The notes under the pieces are model-generated. The model worked only from the letters and a program-made list of their open reading frames with translations, ran no database searches and was not told where the DNA came from. This document shows, piece by piece, positions 33,909 to 45,345 of a stretch of 64,000 nt of DNA. The translations under genes and the position numbers were made by a program. The DNA lies in the NCBI RefSeq assembly GCF_902713615.1, contig NW_024056028.1, positions 1 to 64,000 of the forward strand, read 5' to 3'. Each line of letters starts with the position of its first letter. The first letter of the stretch is position 1. The DNA comes from Scyliorhinus canicula. Lineage: Eukaryota.

Positions 33909-34150
33909 CGCTGGGAGTTCCGCAATCAGTGGACCTGTGCAATGTTTAACCTCACTGTGTTGCTGCAGCGTCTAATGGTTCCGCTGAGAGGCTATGTCAC
34001 TTATTACAAGAAGACAGCCGTTTCTTTAAAACCGATGTCTCAACTTATCAAAGTATCAGATATTGAACTTTGCTGAACTTATATGTTTTGCTTGAAGTGG
34101 AAGTTAAATTGAGAAGACAGGGCTTTCATAAATAACGACAGCTGATTTAA

Positions 34151-34466
34151 GGGCAGCACGGTAGCATGGTAGTTAGCATAAATGCTTCACAGCTCCAGGG
34201 TCCCAGGTTCGATTCCCGGCTGGGTCACTGTCTGTGTGGAGTCTGCACATCCTCCCCGTGTGTGCGTGGGTTTCCTCCGGGTGCTCCGGTTTCCTCCCAC
34301 AGTCCAAAGATGTGCGGGTTAGGTGGATTGGCCATGGTAAATTGCCCATAGTGTCCTAAAAAAATAAGGTTAATGGGGGTTGTTGGCCATACGTATATGT
34401 GGGCTTGAGTGGGGTGATCATTGCTCGGCACAACATCGAGGGTTGTGCTGTACTGTTCTAATTCTA
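34151..34466 (+). mobile_element. HE1/V-SINE with CR1-type tail
   Basis: gggcagcacggtagcatggtagttagc head, full V-domain, tail tgtactgttctaattcta. Confidence 0.88.
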
Positions 34467-34537
34467 ATACTTTGCTCTGCATCATGAACCAGCTGTCCAA
34501 CCCACTGAACTAAAGGGGACGGCGAAACTAGGAGCTG

Positions 34538-34610
34538 CGAGAAAGCCAGGAGTCGAACCTGGAATCTCCTGATTCGTAGTCAGACACGTTATCCATTGCG
34601 TCACTGGCCC
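34538..34610 (-). pseudogene. tRNA-Arg(ACG), probably a pseudogene
   Basis: gggccagtgacgcaatggataacgtgtctgactacgaatcaggagattccaggttcgactcctggctttctcg; the acceptor 3' strand ctttctc mispairs with gggccag. Confidence 0.8.
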
Positions 34611-34736
34611 ATAGCGTCACTAGCCCATAGCGTCACTGGCCCATAGCGGTGCTTGGCTTCTGTTATTCCTCGCCGATGAAGACCAGTTACGAGATTGAGG
34701 TAATATTCAGCAGCAGACTAAACTAGAAGTACGAGA

Positions 34737-34808
34737 TGTTTCTGCCGGTTTCGGGCTGGGGACCTTTTGCGTGTTAGGGGAATGTGATAACCACCACACT
34801 ACAGAAAC
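34737..34808 (-). pseudogene. tRNA-Val(AAC) pseudogene
   Basis: Val backbone with a mutated B box (cagcccgaaacc) and a 1-nt deletion. Confidence 0.8.
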
Positions 34809-35104
34809 AGCTGGCAATCAACGGACGTGTGTGATGTACAACGTCACTGTGTTGCTGCAGATTCGAATGGTGAGGCTGAGAGTCCACGTCACTTATTACA
34901 AGTCAACAGCTGTTTCTTTAAAAAACAGATGTTTCAACATATAAAACTATGAGATGTAGAAATTATTTCGAACTTAACATAAGTCATTTTTTGGTTAAGC
35001 TCGGTCTTAAATTTGTGTTCTTTAGTCCCGAGGTATTGAACCTGGGACCCTAGAGCTGCAAAGCAATTGTCCTAACCACAATGCTACCGCACTGCAGATT
35101 ACAG

Positions 35105-35971
35105 GGTCAACGGCAGGGTTCTGATGAATGTGGAGGAACAGAGTGACCTTGGGGTTCATGTCCACAGATCTCTGAAGATTGCCACTCACGTGGATAGAGC
35201 CGTGAAGAAGGCCTGTTGTCTTGTAATAAATGACCAGGTCATGCTGCAACAGTACATGACCCTGGTGAGACCACATTTGGAGTATTGTGTGCAGTTCTGG
35301 ACACCTCACTCTTGGAAGGCTGTGGAAGCATTGGAAAGGGTGAAAAGGAGATTTACCAGGATGCTGCCTGGTTTGGAGGGTAGGTCTTCTGAGGAAAGGT
35401 TGAGGGAGCTAGGGCTTTTCTCTTTGGAGCAGAGGAGGATGAGAGATGAGTTAATTGAGGTTTAGAAGATGATGAGGGGGATAGATAGAGTGGACATTCA
35501 GAGACTATTTCCTCGGGTAGATGTAGCTGTTACAAGGGGGCATAACTATAAGATACAGGGTGGGAGATATAGGAGGGATGTCCGACGTAGGTTCTTTACT
35601 CAGAGAATGGTTAGGGTGTGGAATGGACTGCTTGTTGTGATAGTGAAGTCAGACACTTTAGGAACTTTCAAGCGGTTATCGAAATGAAATGAAAATCGCT
35701 TATTGTCATGAGTAGGCTTCAATAAAGTTACTGTGAAAAGCCCCTACTCGCCACATTCCAGCGCCTGTCCGGGGAGGGTGGTACAGGCTGTGCTGCCGGC
35801 CTGCTTTAAAAGCCAACGATTTAGCTGAGTGAGCTAAACCAGCCCCATTGAATGGGCACATGGAGCACACCACAATTACAAGGAGTGGGAAAGCTTGATC
35901 TTGGTTTCGGACAAAGCTCGGCACAACATCGAGGGCCAAAGGGCCTGTTCTGTGCTGTACTGTTCTATGTT
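35105..35971 (+). mobile_element. CR1 3' region with an antisense short SINE inserted at 35685-35853
   Basis: DLGVHVHRSLK..PHLEYCVQFW..FFTQRMVRVWNGL; tail gtgctgtactgttctatgtt. Confidence 0.85.
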
Positions 35972-36035
35972 CAAGGTCGGAATCGAACCCAGGTACCTGG
36001 TTCTTGAGGCAACAGTGCTAACTACCGAACCACCC

Positions 36036-36220
36036 CCGTAACCTGCCTGTTATCCCAATTCTGGTGTGTGTTACTTTGTTACTGTTATTATTAGACAATA
36101 ACCTGCCTGTTATTCCAATTCTGGTGTGTGTTACTGTTACTGTTATTATTAGACAATAACCTATCTGATATTCCAATTCTGGTGTGTGTTACTCTGTTAC
36201 TCTTATAATTAGACACTAAC
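36036..36220. repeat. ~60-bp tandem repeat, 3 copies, with an inverted copy at 36621-36880
   Basis: aacctgcctgttat(c/t)ccaattctggtgtgtgttact..gttattattagacaat repeated. Confidence 0.8.
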
Positions 36221-36321
36221 ATGAGGGCAAGATGCAAGATAGCAATAATATTTTGAAGTTCTGTGTTACAATAAGTGTCACTGGGAGGTGTGATAAAATA
36301 GGAATGGAAACATTATGACAA

Positions 36322-36486
36322 AGGGCGGCACGGTGGCAGTGATTAGCACTGCTGCCTCATGGTGCTGAGGACCCAGGTTTGATCCCGGCCCCGGGTCACT
36401 GCCATGTGGCTTTGCACATTCTCCCGTGCCTCCGTGGGTCTCACCCCCACAACCCAAAGATGTGCAGGCTAGGTGGATTGGCCACT
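36322..36486 (+). mobile_element. HE1/V-SINE, 3'-truncated
   Basis: gggcggcacggtggcagtgattagcactgctgcctc head and partial V-domain. Confidence 0.8.
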
Positions 36487-36644
36487 CTTTTGAGGTCCAC
36501 CAACAAAATTGAACAAAGGAAACAAAGGAAATGTTCGGGCAGTGCCTCAAACTGGAGTGGCCCTTTTGCTTTGTCCCTAAGTTTGTTTCCTTTGTTCTAT
36601 TTACCTTGCATCGTGCCCTCCTATTATTGTCTAATAATAATAGT

Positions 36645-36809
36645 CATGATGTGGAGATGCCGGCGTTGGACTGGGGTGAGCACAGTAAGAAGTCTTACAA
36701 CACCAGGTTAAAGTCCAACAGGTTTGTTTCAAACACGAGCTTTCGGAGCACGGCTCCGTGTTTGAAACAAACCTGTTGGACTTTAACCTGGTGTTGTAAG
36801 ACTTCTTAC
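36645..36809. mobile_element. Miniature Penelope pseudo-LTR hairpin insertion
   Basis: 53-bp arms at 36685-36737 and 36757-36809; 12-bp TSD aataataatagt at 36633-36644 and 36810-36821. Confidence 0.9.
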
Positions 36810-37382
36810 AATAATAATAGTGACAGAGGAACATACACCAGAATTGGAATAACAGGTAGGTTATTGTCTAATCATGACAGAGTTACGGGGGTGGCTCGGT
36901 AGTTAGCACTGTTGCCATAAGGACCAGGTACCTGGGTTCGATTCCGACCTTGGGTCAGTGTCTATGTGGAGTTCACACATTCTTCCCGTGGCTGCGAAGA
37001 TTTCCTTCCACAGTCCAAAGCTGTGCTAAATTATTCCTGCGTGGGGTTACGGGTTAGGGTAGGGGTTTGGCCAAGGGAGGGTGATCTTGCAGAGGGTCAG
37101 TGTAGATTCACTGGGCCAAATGGCCTCCTTCAGAACTGTGGGGATTCTATGATTCTCCACTGGATCCAAAGATGTGTTCACTCACACACTGCAGCCTGAC
37201 TCTGATTATGGGAAGAGACACTGTCTTTTTTACTCTCAAAGTGATTGAATCCTTTGCTGTTTCTCCTCTGGGCCCCATCTCCACTATTATTGTCTGATTG
37301 TCCCACTGAGACTCTCACTGTTATTATTGGACAATCAGCCAGTCAGCCTGAGCCTGTGGCTGCTCTCACCATCTGTCACCGT

Positions 37383-37780
37383 CACAATGCCCGGGTGAGT
37401 GACGGCAGCTCTCGGCCAATAGGAAGATAAGGGGCGGGACTGGAGGTCCGGCCGGGAGCGGCTGGTCCTCCAACCAATCGAAGTGAATGAGGGGCGGGGT
37501 CCGCTGTGACTGAAGCATGCGCAGTGTGGGTAATGGCGAAGGAGACGAGCGTGTTGTTGAGATACGAAATTGGTAACAGGCGTTTAACAATATGGAGGCA
37601 GCGAGAGATCGCGGGGGTGGGCGGGAATGTTGTGTGAAGCTGTTGTAAGCTGCAATCCTCGGAAAAGAGTTTACGGGACCCCGTTTGTACCGAGCGGAGC
37701 TGCAGCTCCTCATTTCAGTTCGGGTTCACGGCCGCCATCTTTATTGTATGTGTATCAGGGCGCATGCGCGTTTCTCATCT
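37383..37780 (+). promoter_or_regulatory. CpG-rich promoter module (CCAAT x2, GC box, NRF1-like and YY1-like motifs)
   Basis: cacaatgccc..ccaatagga..ccaatc..ggggcgggg..gcatgcgca (37383-37526); gccgccatctt at 37731-37741; paralogous to 56421-56580 and 56790-56965. Confidence 0.6.
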
Positions 37781-39099
37781 TTGTCGGGGCGATGTTTCAA
37801 TGAGTGGGAGGAGCTTGTTCCCCATTGTTCAGAATGGAGACAACTTGTCCATCAAACTGGATTAGTCTTTGAGTCCCAATGTCTTATTGATGATGCAAAG
37901 CGGTGGCAGAGATGGAAAGAAAAGGAAGCCAATCCTGCTCTCCGGATCTAACTGTCTCATTGGACATCCTGCCCCATGTGTCCAAAGCTCTGTGGCTCTG
38001 TTCCGTCACATGAAGACCCAGATAGAAATTTACAATCCTGAGTAGACGTCACCCTCAAATCGAGGGACTGCTGATGACAAGAGGATCAGTGTGCAGTGGC
38101 GGGGGGGGGGGGGGGGGGGGGAGGAGGTATGAGAGGTCACCCTGGACTCATAAGCAGGAGGGGAGAATGTTGTGAATTTCTATCCTGGACTGACGGTGAT
38201 TAATTTTGGAAACTCCTTTTGCAGGGGATTAGTAGGGGAAGATTTACACACAGCAAATTCAAACCAGGATTTCTTGAATTTTATTTCTGGATTGACAGTG
38301 ATGCCTTTGTAAACATCTTTCACAGGAGCTTAGAAAGGGATTTGCAGACAGGAAACTCACAACCAATCCTCAGATCAAATTTTAACACCGCTGTTCGAGT
38401 TACCTGGAGATTATTGACCTTTGTGTGGAAGCATTGAGTTCCATATCATTATCACTCATTAAAATGTCTACCTCCTATCTCCCCTGTAGATCTTGTTCAC
38501 AATCTTAAATCTGTGTCCCATAATCCTTTTACAATCTACTGATGGGAACAGTTTCTAAAAATCTTTTGTTGGGTTTGCCATTGTGGTTTCTGATGCCTGG
38601 GTCGATGCCGGGTGGTCCGTCTGGTTTCATTCCTTTTTCATGTTTTTGTTGTGGTTGAATCAGCTTGGACCAGTCCATTTAGGGTCCAGAACACAATTGA
38701 AGTCTCCTCCAAGAATCAATTGATCTGTATCCAGGTCTGGGATGGATTCCAACAATTTTTTTTACAAATCTTTCTATGAGATCCCCTCATTTAAAAAAAA
38801 AGATTGAGAAGCAGAATTAGGCCATTCAGCCCATCGAGTGTTTGAGTTTGCTCTGCCATTCGATCATGGCTCATATATTTCTCATCCCCATTCATCTTGT
38901 ATTGTAGCTCTCTTGAAATGAATGCGAACATTGCATTTGCCTTTCGAACTGCCAACTTTCCTTTATTTGTTCTTGGGATGTGGGTGTTGCCTTGACCCAA
39001 TGTTACTAATCGTAATCAGTTTGCAAAACATAATTTATATCAAAAATATCCATTTCAATGGCGGGTTTATTACCCAACATACCCAACACAGTTGAGAAT

Positions 39100-39420
39100 G
39101 TGCTCTATCCATATGACAAAAGCTTCTCATACATGCGCAGAGTCAGTCTGTGACTGGAGCATGCGCCGTTCAGGTTGTCGATGACGGTGCGAGGAGCAGG
39201 AAAGAAACAATCGATCGACTTTCGGGATTGGAGCCGGTGGGTGGCCGGGGAGCAATAGAAGCTGCAGAGTGAGCCGGGAGGCTTCATAAATACCCCGTGG
39301 GGGCTTCAACTCCTGAGTAAAATGTTAATGGTTTTTAATTTTTTTTCTGAAACAGCACTGAACAGAGTGAGAGCTGAGCGGTGACAGGCCCGGGTTACCG
39401 GCTGCCATCTTTACAGAGGA
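39100..39420. promoter_or_regulatory. CpG-rich promoter or first-exon-like region
   Basis: catgcgca and gcatgcgc motifs; gtgacaggcccgggttaccggctgccatcttt, paralogous to 57049-57085. Confidence 0.5.
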
Positions 39421-39689
39421 CAAGGTGCCACAGGGAAGGGGCTGGTTTAGCACAGTGGGCTAAGACAGCTGGCTTGTAATGCCGAACAGGGCCAGCAGCG
39501 CGGGTTCAGTTCCCGTACCAGCCGTCCCGAACAGGTGCTGGAATGTGGTGACTAGGGGCTTTGCAAAGTAACTTCATTGAAGCTTACTTGTGACAATACA
39601 TGATTATTATTATTATGTGCTGCGAGTCTGGACAGGATGCCAACTCTCCCGGATTGACTGACTGGAGTCTCCATGATTTTATTTTATTC

Positions 39690-40160
39690 ATTTGTGGGAG
39701 TCACTGGCTGGGCAAACATTTATTGCCCATCCCTAATTTCCCTTAAACCGAGTGGCATTTCAGAGGACATTTAAAGAGTCAACCACATTGCTGTGGTTTG
39801 GAACCGTGTCGGCCAGACCAGGTATGGATGGCAGATTTTTTTTTTCTGTTCATTCATGGGATGTGGGTGTCGCTGGCTGGGCCAGCATTCACTGCCCAGC
39901 CCAAATTGCCCTTGAACTGAGAGCATCTCAGGGAGCATTTTAAGGGTCAACCAGCTGACTGTGGATCTGGAGTCACATGTAGGCCAGACCAGGTAAGGAT
40001 AGAAGATTTCCTTCACTGAAGGACAGGAGTGAACCTGGTGGGTCTTTGCAACAATTGACAGTGGTTTCATGGTCATCAGTAAACTTTCAATGAATTCAAA
40101 TTTTACCTTCTGCCTTGGTGAGATTCACACCTGGGTGTCTGGAAAATCATTGGGACAGTA
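39690..40160 (-). mobile_element. SacSINE1/DeuSINE-like SINEs, two adjacent pieces
   Basis: gtggatctggagtcacatgtaggccagaccaggtaaggatagaagatttccttcactgaagg body; reverse head near 40100-40160. Confidence 0.6.
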
Positions 40161-40789
40161 AAGAAGATTTTTGAACATTTCTCTTCAGTGGATATAAAAA
40201 TATTGAAAATGGGATAAAGGTTGTTTGGCTGACAGTCAATCGCTGTCCTGTAAGGTAATGAGTCCTTTTGCTTCCCAATTGGCCGAGGAAGGCAGTGTGT
40301 CACAAGGATGGATGTGTTGACCGATTAATGGCTGGAGGATGGGAGCAGGTCATGTGATCAAACCTCCAGGAATACATTTAATTAAAGTTGGTGAGGAGAG
40401 AATGTTGTGACTTTCAATCCTGAACTGACAGTGTGGTTTCTGTAAATTTACAGGATACTGGAAGAGGAGGTTTAACAGACGGGAAACGCAAACCAAATGT
40501 CACATCGCGATCTGACAGAGTCACTCGGTTCATCAGAACCTGAATATCAGCAGCATCTGGGTGTGGAAGGTAAAAGGTTTGTCTGTTCTGTCTGTGAGGG
40601 AAGATTTCAGGTCTCAGTGTGACTGGAAAAGCCCCCAGATTCACAAACAATGGTTAGGCCTGAGGAAGGATGAAATGGCCTTGGAGCGAGTGCAGCACAG
40701 ATTTACCTGAATGATATCTGAACCCCCCCCCCCCCCCCCCCCCGGGGTTAGATTACAAGACGAGATTAGACAGAAATGTCAGAGTCAGC

Positions 40790-41015
40790 TGTCAGCACGG
40801 TAACGCAGTGAGTAGCATTGCTGCCTCACAGCGCCGAGGTCCCAGGTTCGATCCCGGCTCTGGGTCATGTCCGTGTGGAGTCTGGACATTCTCCCCGTGT
40901 TTGCATGGGTTTCACCCCCACAACTCAAAGATGTGCAGGCTATAGGTGGATTGACCACGCCAAATTGCCCCTTAATTGGAAAAAAATAATTGGGTACTCT
41001 AAACTTATTTTTAAA
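40790..41015 (+). mobile_element. HE1/V-SINE
   Basis: Head, V-domain, tail aattgggtactctaaactt. Confidence 0.85.
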
Positions 41016-41559
41016 AGTTAAAGAAAAAACATTATGGCCAGAGAAGGGCATTCAGTCCATTGAGTCCATGCTAGCTCTCTAATCGGCACAATGGTTAGCA
41101 CTGTTGCTTCACAGCACAAGGGACCCGGGTTCGATTCCCGGCTTGAGTCACTGTCTGTGCGGAGTCTTCATTTTCTTCCTGTGTCTGCGTGGGTTTCCTC
41201 CAGGTGCTGCGGTTTGCTCCCACAAGTAGAATATAGAACATAGAACAGTACAGCACAAAACATCCTCTCCACATCCACCCTGTCAAGACCCCTCAGGACC
41301 TTATATCGTTCAATCCAGGTTTTACCCAAAACTTTAAATCTGTGTCTCGGCTGCTTGTACGATCAGTGAATGGAAACAGAGTTTCTTTGCCCACCTGATC
41401 GAAATCTGACAATCTTGTGTTCCTGAATCAAATCTCCCCTCAACCTCCTTTGCTGGAACCATTCTGGTAAATCTCCTCTGCACCTTCTCCAAGAACCTTC
41501 ACATCCTTCCTGAAGAGTGGTGACCAGAGCTTTATAAAGATTCATAGATTAGAATTAGA

Positions 41560-41888
41560 ACCATAGAATTCTTAGAGTGCACAATTGGGGCCATTCGGCC
41601 CATCTGGTCTCCACCTATTCTCTGAAAGGACACCATGCCTAGGCCCACACTCCTACCATGTCTCTCTAACCCTATAGCCCCACCGAACCTGCACATCCCT
41701 GGACACTAAGGGGCAAATTATCAAGGCCAATCCACTGAACGTGCCCTTCTTTAGACTGTTGGAGAAAACCTGAGCACCAGATGGAAACCCACGCGGACAC
41801 GGGGAGAAAGTGAAAACTCCACACAGTCACCACGGAATTGAACCCGGGTCCCTGGCGCTGTGAGGCAGCAGTGCTAATCACTGTGCCA
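41560..41888 (-). mobile_element. HE1/V-SINE with CR1-type tail
   Basis: Reverse head gcacagtgattagcactgctgcctcacagcgccagggacccgggttcaattcc. Confidence 0.8.
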
Positions 41889-42403
41889 TCAGAAGCATAG
41901 TTTCAGTATCAATATTACGGTTTATGAAGCTCAAGATCGAATTTGCTTTGCCAACTACTCTCTTAATATGTCTTGTAGATATATAAAATCCCTCTTCACC
42001 TCTTTCTCTCTCCTCAAAAAGAGGCCAGTTGGGTTTTTCTGACAATCCAGCAGTTTTCATGGTCACTTTTTCCCCAGAGCCGGCCCCACAAATGACCAGA
42101 TTCATTCAGCTCAGTTTCACAATCTGCCTTTGTGTTTCTGTGGGTTCTCTCTCACTCCCTATTTTCTGTTTTGAATCCATTTCATAGGGTGGTCGAAGGG
42201 GATGCTTCAAAGTCTGGAGAATGAAAATGAAAATCGCTTATTGTCGCGAGTAGGCTTCAATGAAGTTACTGTGAAAAGCCCCTAGTCGCCACATTCCGGC
42301 GCCTGTTCGCGGAGGCTGGTACGAAGCAAACCAAGCATCACATCAGGATCTGGCAGAGTCCTCAATTTATCATATCCTGAACATCATCAGAATATCACTG
42401 AAC

Positions 42404-43357
42404 ATGGAAGGAGAAAGCATTGTTCACAGTGCGGGGAAACCGTACACGTGTTGTGTGTGTGGACGGGGATTCATTCAATCCTCAGGCCTCACAAGCCACA
42501 AATGCAGTAACACCGAGGAGAAACCATGGAAATGTGCGGACTGTGGGAAGGGATTCACTGTCCCATCCAAGCTGGAAACTCATCGACGCAGTCACACCGG
42601 GGAGAGACCATTCACCTGCTCCAAGTGTGGGAAGGGATTTACTAAGTCATCCCACCTGCTGAGTCACCAGCGAGTTCACACTGATGAGAGACCGTTTCAA
42701 TGTCCAGATTGCGGGAAGTGCTATAAAAGTTCTGCAGAACTGATGCACCATCAACGTGTTCACACTGACGAGAGACCGTTCAGGTGCTCTCACTGCGGGA
42801 CTGGGTTCAGACGATCATCTGACCTCACTGTACATCAGCGAAGTCACACTGGGGAGAGGCCATTCACCTGCTCAGAGTGTGGGAAGGGATTTACTATTTC
42901 AGCCCGCCTGCTGAATCACCAGCGAGTTCACACTGATGAGAGACCGTTTCAATGTCCAGACTGCGGGAAGTGCTATAAAAGTTCTGGGAATCTCATGAGC
43001 CATCAACGTGTTCACACTGACAAGAGACCGTTTAGGTTCTCTCACTGCGGGACTGGGTTCAGACGATCATTTCACCTCACTGTACATCAGCAAATTCACA
43101 CCGGGGAGAGACCGTTTACCTGCTCCCAGTGTGGGAAGGGATTCACTCAGTCATCCGCTCTCTCCACACACCAGCTAATTCACACTGGGGCGAGACCATT
43201 CACCTGCTCCGAGTGTGGGAAGGGATTCACTCAGTCATCCACCCTGCAGAACCACTATCGTATTCATACTGGGGAGAGACCATTCACCTGCTCAGAATGT
43301 GGGAAGGGATTCACTCAGTTATCCCACCTGCTGAGACACCAACGAGGCCACAAGTAA
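42404..43357 (+). CDS. C2H2 zinc-finger protein ZNF-A, 317 aa, 11 fingers (first and eighth degenerate), no effector domain visible
   Basis: ATG-initiated ORF with CxxC..HxxxH repeats and TGERPF/TDERPF linkers; candidate splice acceptor ending at 42187. Confidence 0.88.
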   Translation: MEGESIVHSAGKPYTCCVCGRGFIQSSGLTSHKCSNTEEKPWKCADCGKGFTVPSKLETHRRSHTGERPFTCSKCGKGFTKSSHLLSHQRVHTDERPFQCPDCGKCYKSSAELMHHQRVHTDERPFRCSHCGTGFRRSSDLTVHQRSHTGERPFTCSECGKGFTISARLLNHQRVHTDERPFQCPDCGKCYKSSGNLMSHQRVHTDKRPFRFSHCGTGFRRSFHLTVHQQIHTGERPFTCSQCGKGFTQSSALSTHQLIHTGARPFTCSECGKGFTQSSTLQNHYRIHTGERPFTCSECGKGFTQLSHLLRHQRGHK

Positions 43358-43549
43358 CCACAGTGATTGGATTTTGCTGTTCCTCACATTCAGGACTGAA
43401 CCATGTTCATTTGGGTCTCTTTCTGCTGATAACAAACTCCAGCCCATTTACAGGGGCTAATATTCTGGCTAAAAGTCAAATAAATTAGATCTGTGTGAAA
43501 TACGCAGTGTGTTGAAACTTTTTCATTACTCTGACACAAGTTAGTTCCT

Positions 43550-44110
43550 TTTGAAGTACTCTCGCTCTCCCCTGTCTCTTCCATCCTCACCTCCAACAAG
43601 AAGTGTGAGGAGCTTGTGGAGCTTCTTTGTGACTGAGATTGAATAAATCCGATCAGCTGCCTCTGCTGCTTCCCTCCCTTCCACAAACCCACCGGACCAA
43701 ACTGTCTCTAAATTTCACCCTTGCCCGAGCCCTGAACCCACATCTTTCTCTAGTTTCTCTCCCATCTCCCCTCATGCCCTCTCAGAGCTCATCTTGTCCA
43801 TGAGACCCAGCTCCTGCTCTGTCGACCCTATTCCCACTGAGCTACTGATCAGCCAACTACCCTGTGTCCATGGATATTGTCAACATTTCTCTCTCCTCAG
43901 GTATTGTCCCTCTGTCCTTCAAATCTGCCATCATCACTCCCTCCTCAATAAAACCAACCTTGACCCTGCCATCCTTACAAATTACTGCCCCATCTTCAAC
44001 CTCCCTCTCCTCTCCAAACTCTTTGAACATGTTGCCACCTCCTAAGTCCTTGCCCATCTTTCCCAGAACTCCAATGCTTGAATCCCTTCAATCAGGTCTC
44101 TGCCCTGTCA
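43550..44110 (+). mobile_element. L2-clade LINE RT fragment
   Basis: SSCSVDPIPT..SLSSGIVPLSFKSAIITP..LDPAILTNYCPIFNLPLLSKLFEHV across frameshifts. Confidence 0.75.
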
Positions 44111-44409
44111 CAGTGAAATAAAAGAGACAAACAGAATCTTACCCGGAGAGAGAGAGAGACAATCCGGGAGCTTGGATCCAACACGGATATGTTCATCAGA
44201 TCAGATGATAAGGACAACAGCACAGTCATTATTTTATTTTTTTAAATTTAGAGTTCCAATTTAGCGTGACCAATCCACTTAACCGACACATCTTTGGGAC
44301 ATGGGAGTGAAACCCATGCAGACACGGGGAGAATATGAAAACTCTACACAGATAGTGACCCGGGACCGGGATTCGAACCCGGGTCCTCAGCGCCAAAGGA
44401 ACACAGTCA

Positions 44410-44720
44410 TTATTGAGAAACAACAATACCTGCTGGAGACAAGACAGACAACTAAACAACACGAATCACAACACCAAGCTACCTAGACCCATATACCCGA
44501 GACAGGAAGGAGAATTGGAGACAGACTGGAAGAACTCAGACTCCAGACACATTAACCAAAATCAGATGGAATATCTGAGGGGACAACAGGTCGAACTAAG
44601 GAAGTTCTACCTGCTCCCTAAAATACACAAACACCCAACGACATGGACCGTACCAGGGAAATATCCCCATACAGACCCATCAGATCAGACTGTGAGAGAG
44701 AAAATCCTACAGAATAGCTG
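44410..44720 (+). mobile_element. Penelope-like RT N-terminal fragment
   Basis: RKFYLLPKIHKHP motif. Confidence 0.55.
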
Positions 44721-44751
44721 AAACATCAACACACTGCTCCCTGTAGTTTTT

Positions 44752-45345
44752 AAAATAACTTTATCCAATTCATTTTTTCCAATTAAGGGGAAATTGAGTG
44801 TGACCAATCCACCTACCCCGCACATCTTTGGGTTGTGGGTTCAAAACCCACACAAACACGGGGAGAATGTGCAAACTCCACACCGACAATGACCCAGGGC
44901 CGGGAATGAACCTGGGACCTCAGCGCCGTGATGCAGCAATGCTAACTACTGTGCTGCCCCTGGTCCTGGTAGTTGATGGCATAGTGGTTCAATAAACATA
45001 ATTTGTGGATAAAAAATGTGTAATATCGAGTAAAAACAGGAAATAATAATAATCTTTATTGTTGTCACAAGTAGGCTTACATTAACACTGCAATGAAGTT
45101 GCTGTGAAAATCCCCTAGTCGCCACACTCAGACGCCTGTTCGGGTACACTGAGGGAGAATGTCCAAATTACCTGACAACACGTCTTTCAGGACTGTGGGA
45201 GGAAACCGGGGCACCCGGAGGAAACCCACGCAGACACGGGGAGAACGTGCAGACTCCGCACAGACAGTGACCCAAACCGGGAATCAAACCTTGGACTCTG
45301 GAGCTGTGAAGCAACAGTGGTAACCACTGTGCTACCGTGCTGCCC
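44752..45345 (-). mobile_element. Two antisense HE1/V-SINEs (44752-44960 and 45045-45345); a third at 44235-44400
   Basis: Reverse heads and V-domains with the two tail types seen elsewhere in the window. Confidence 0.8.
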
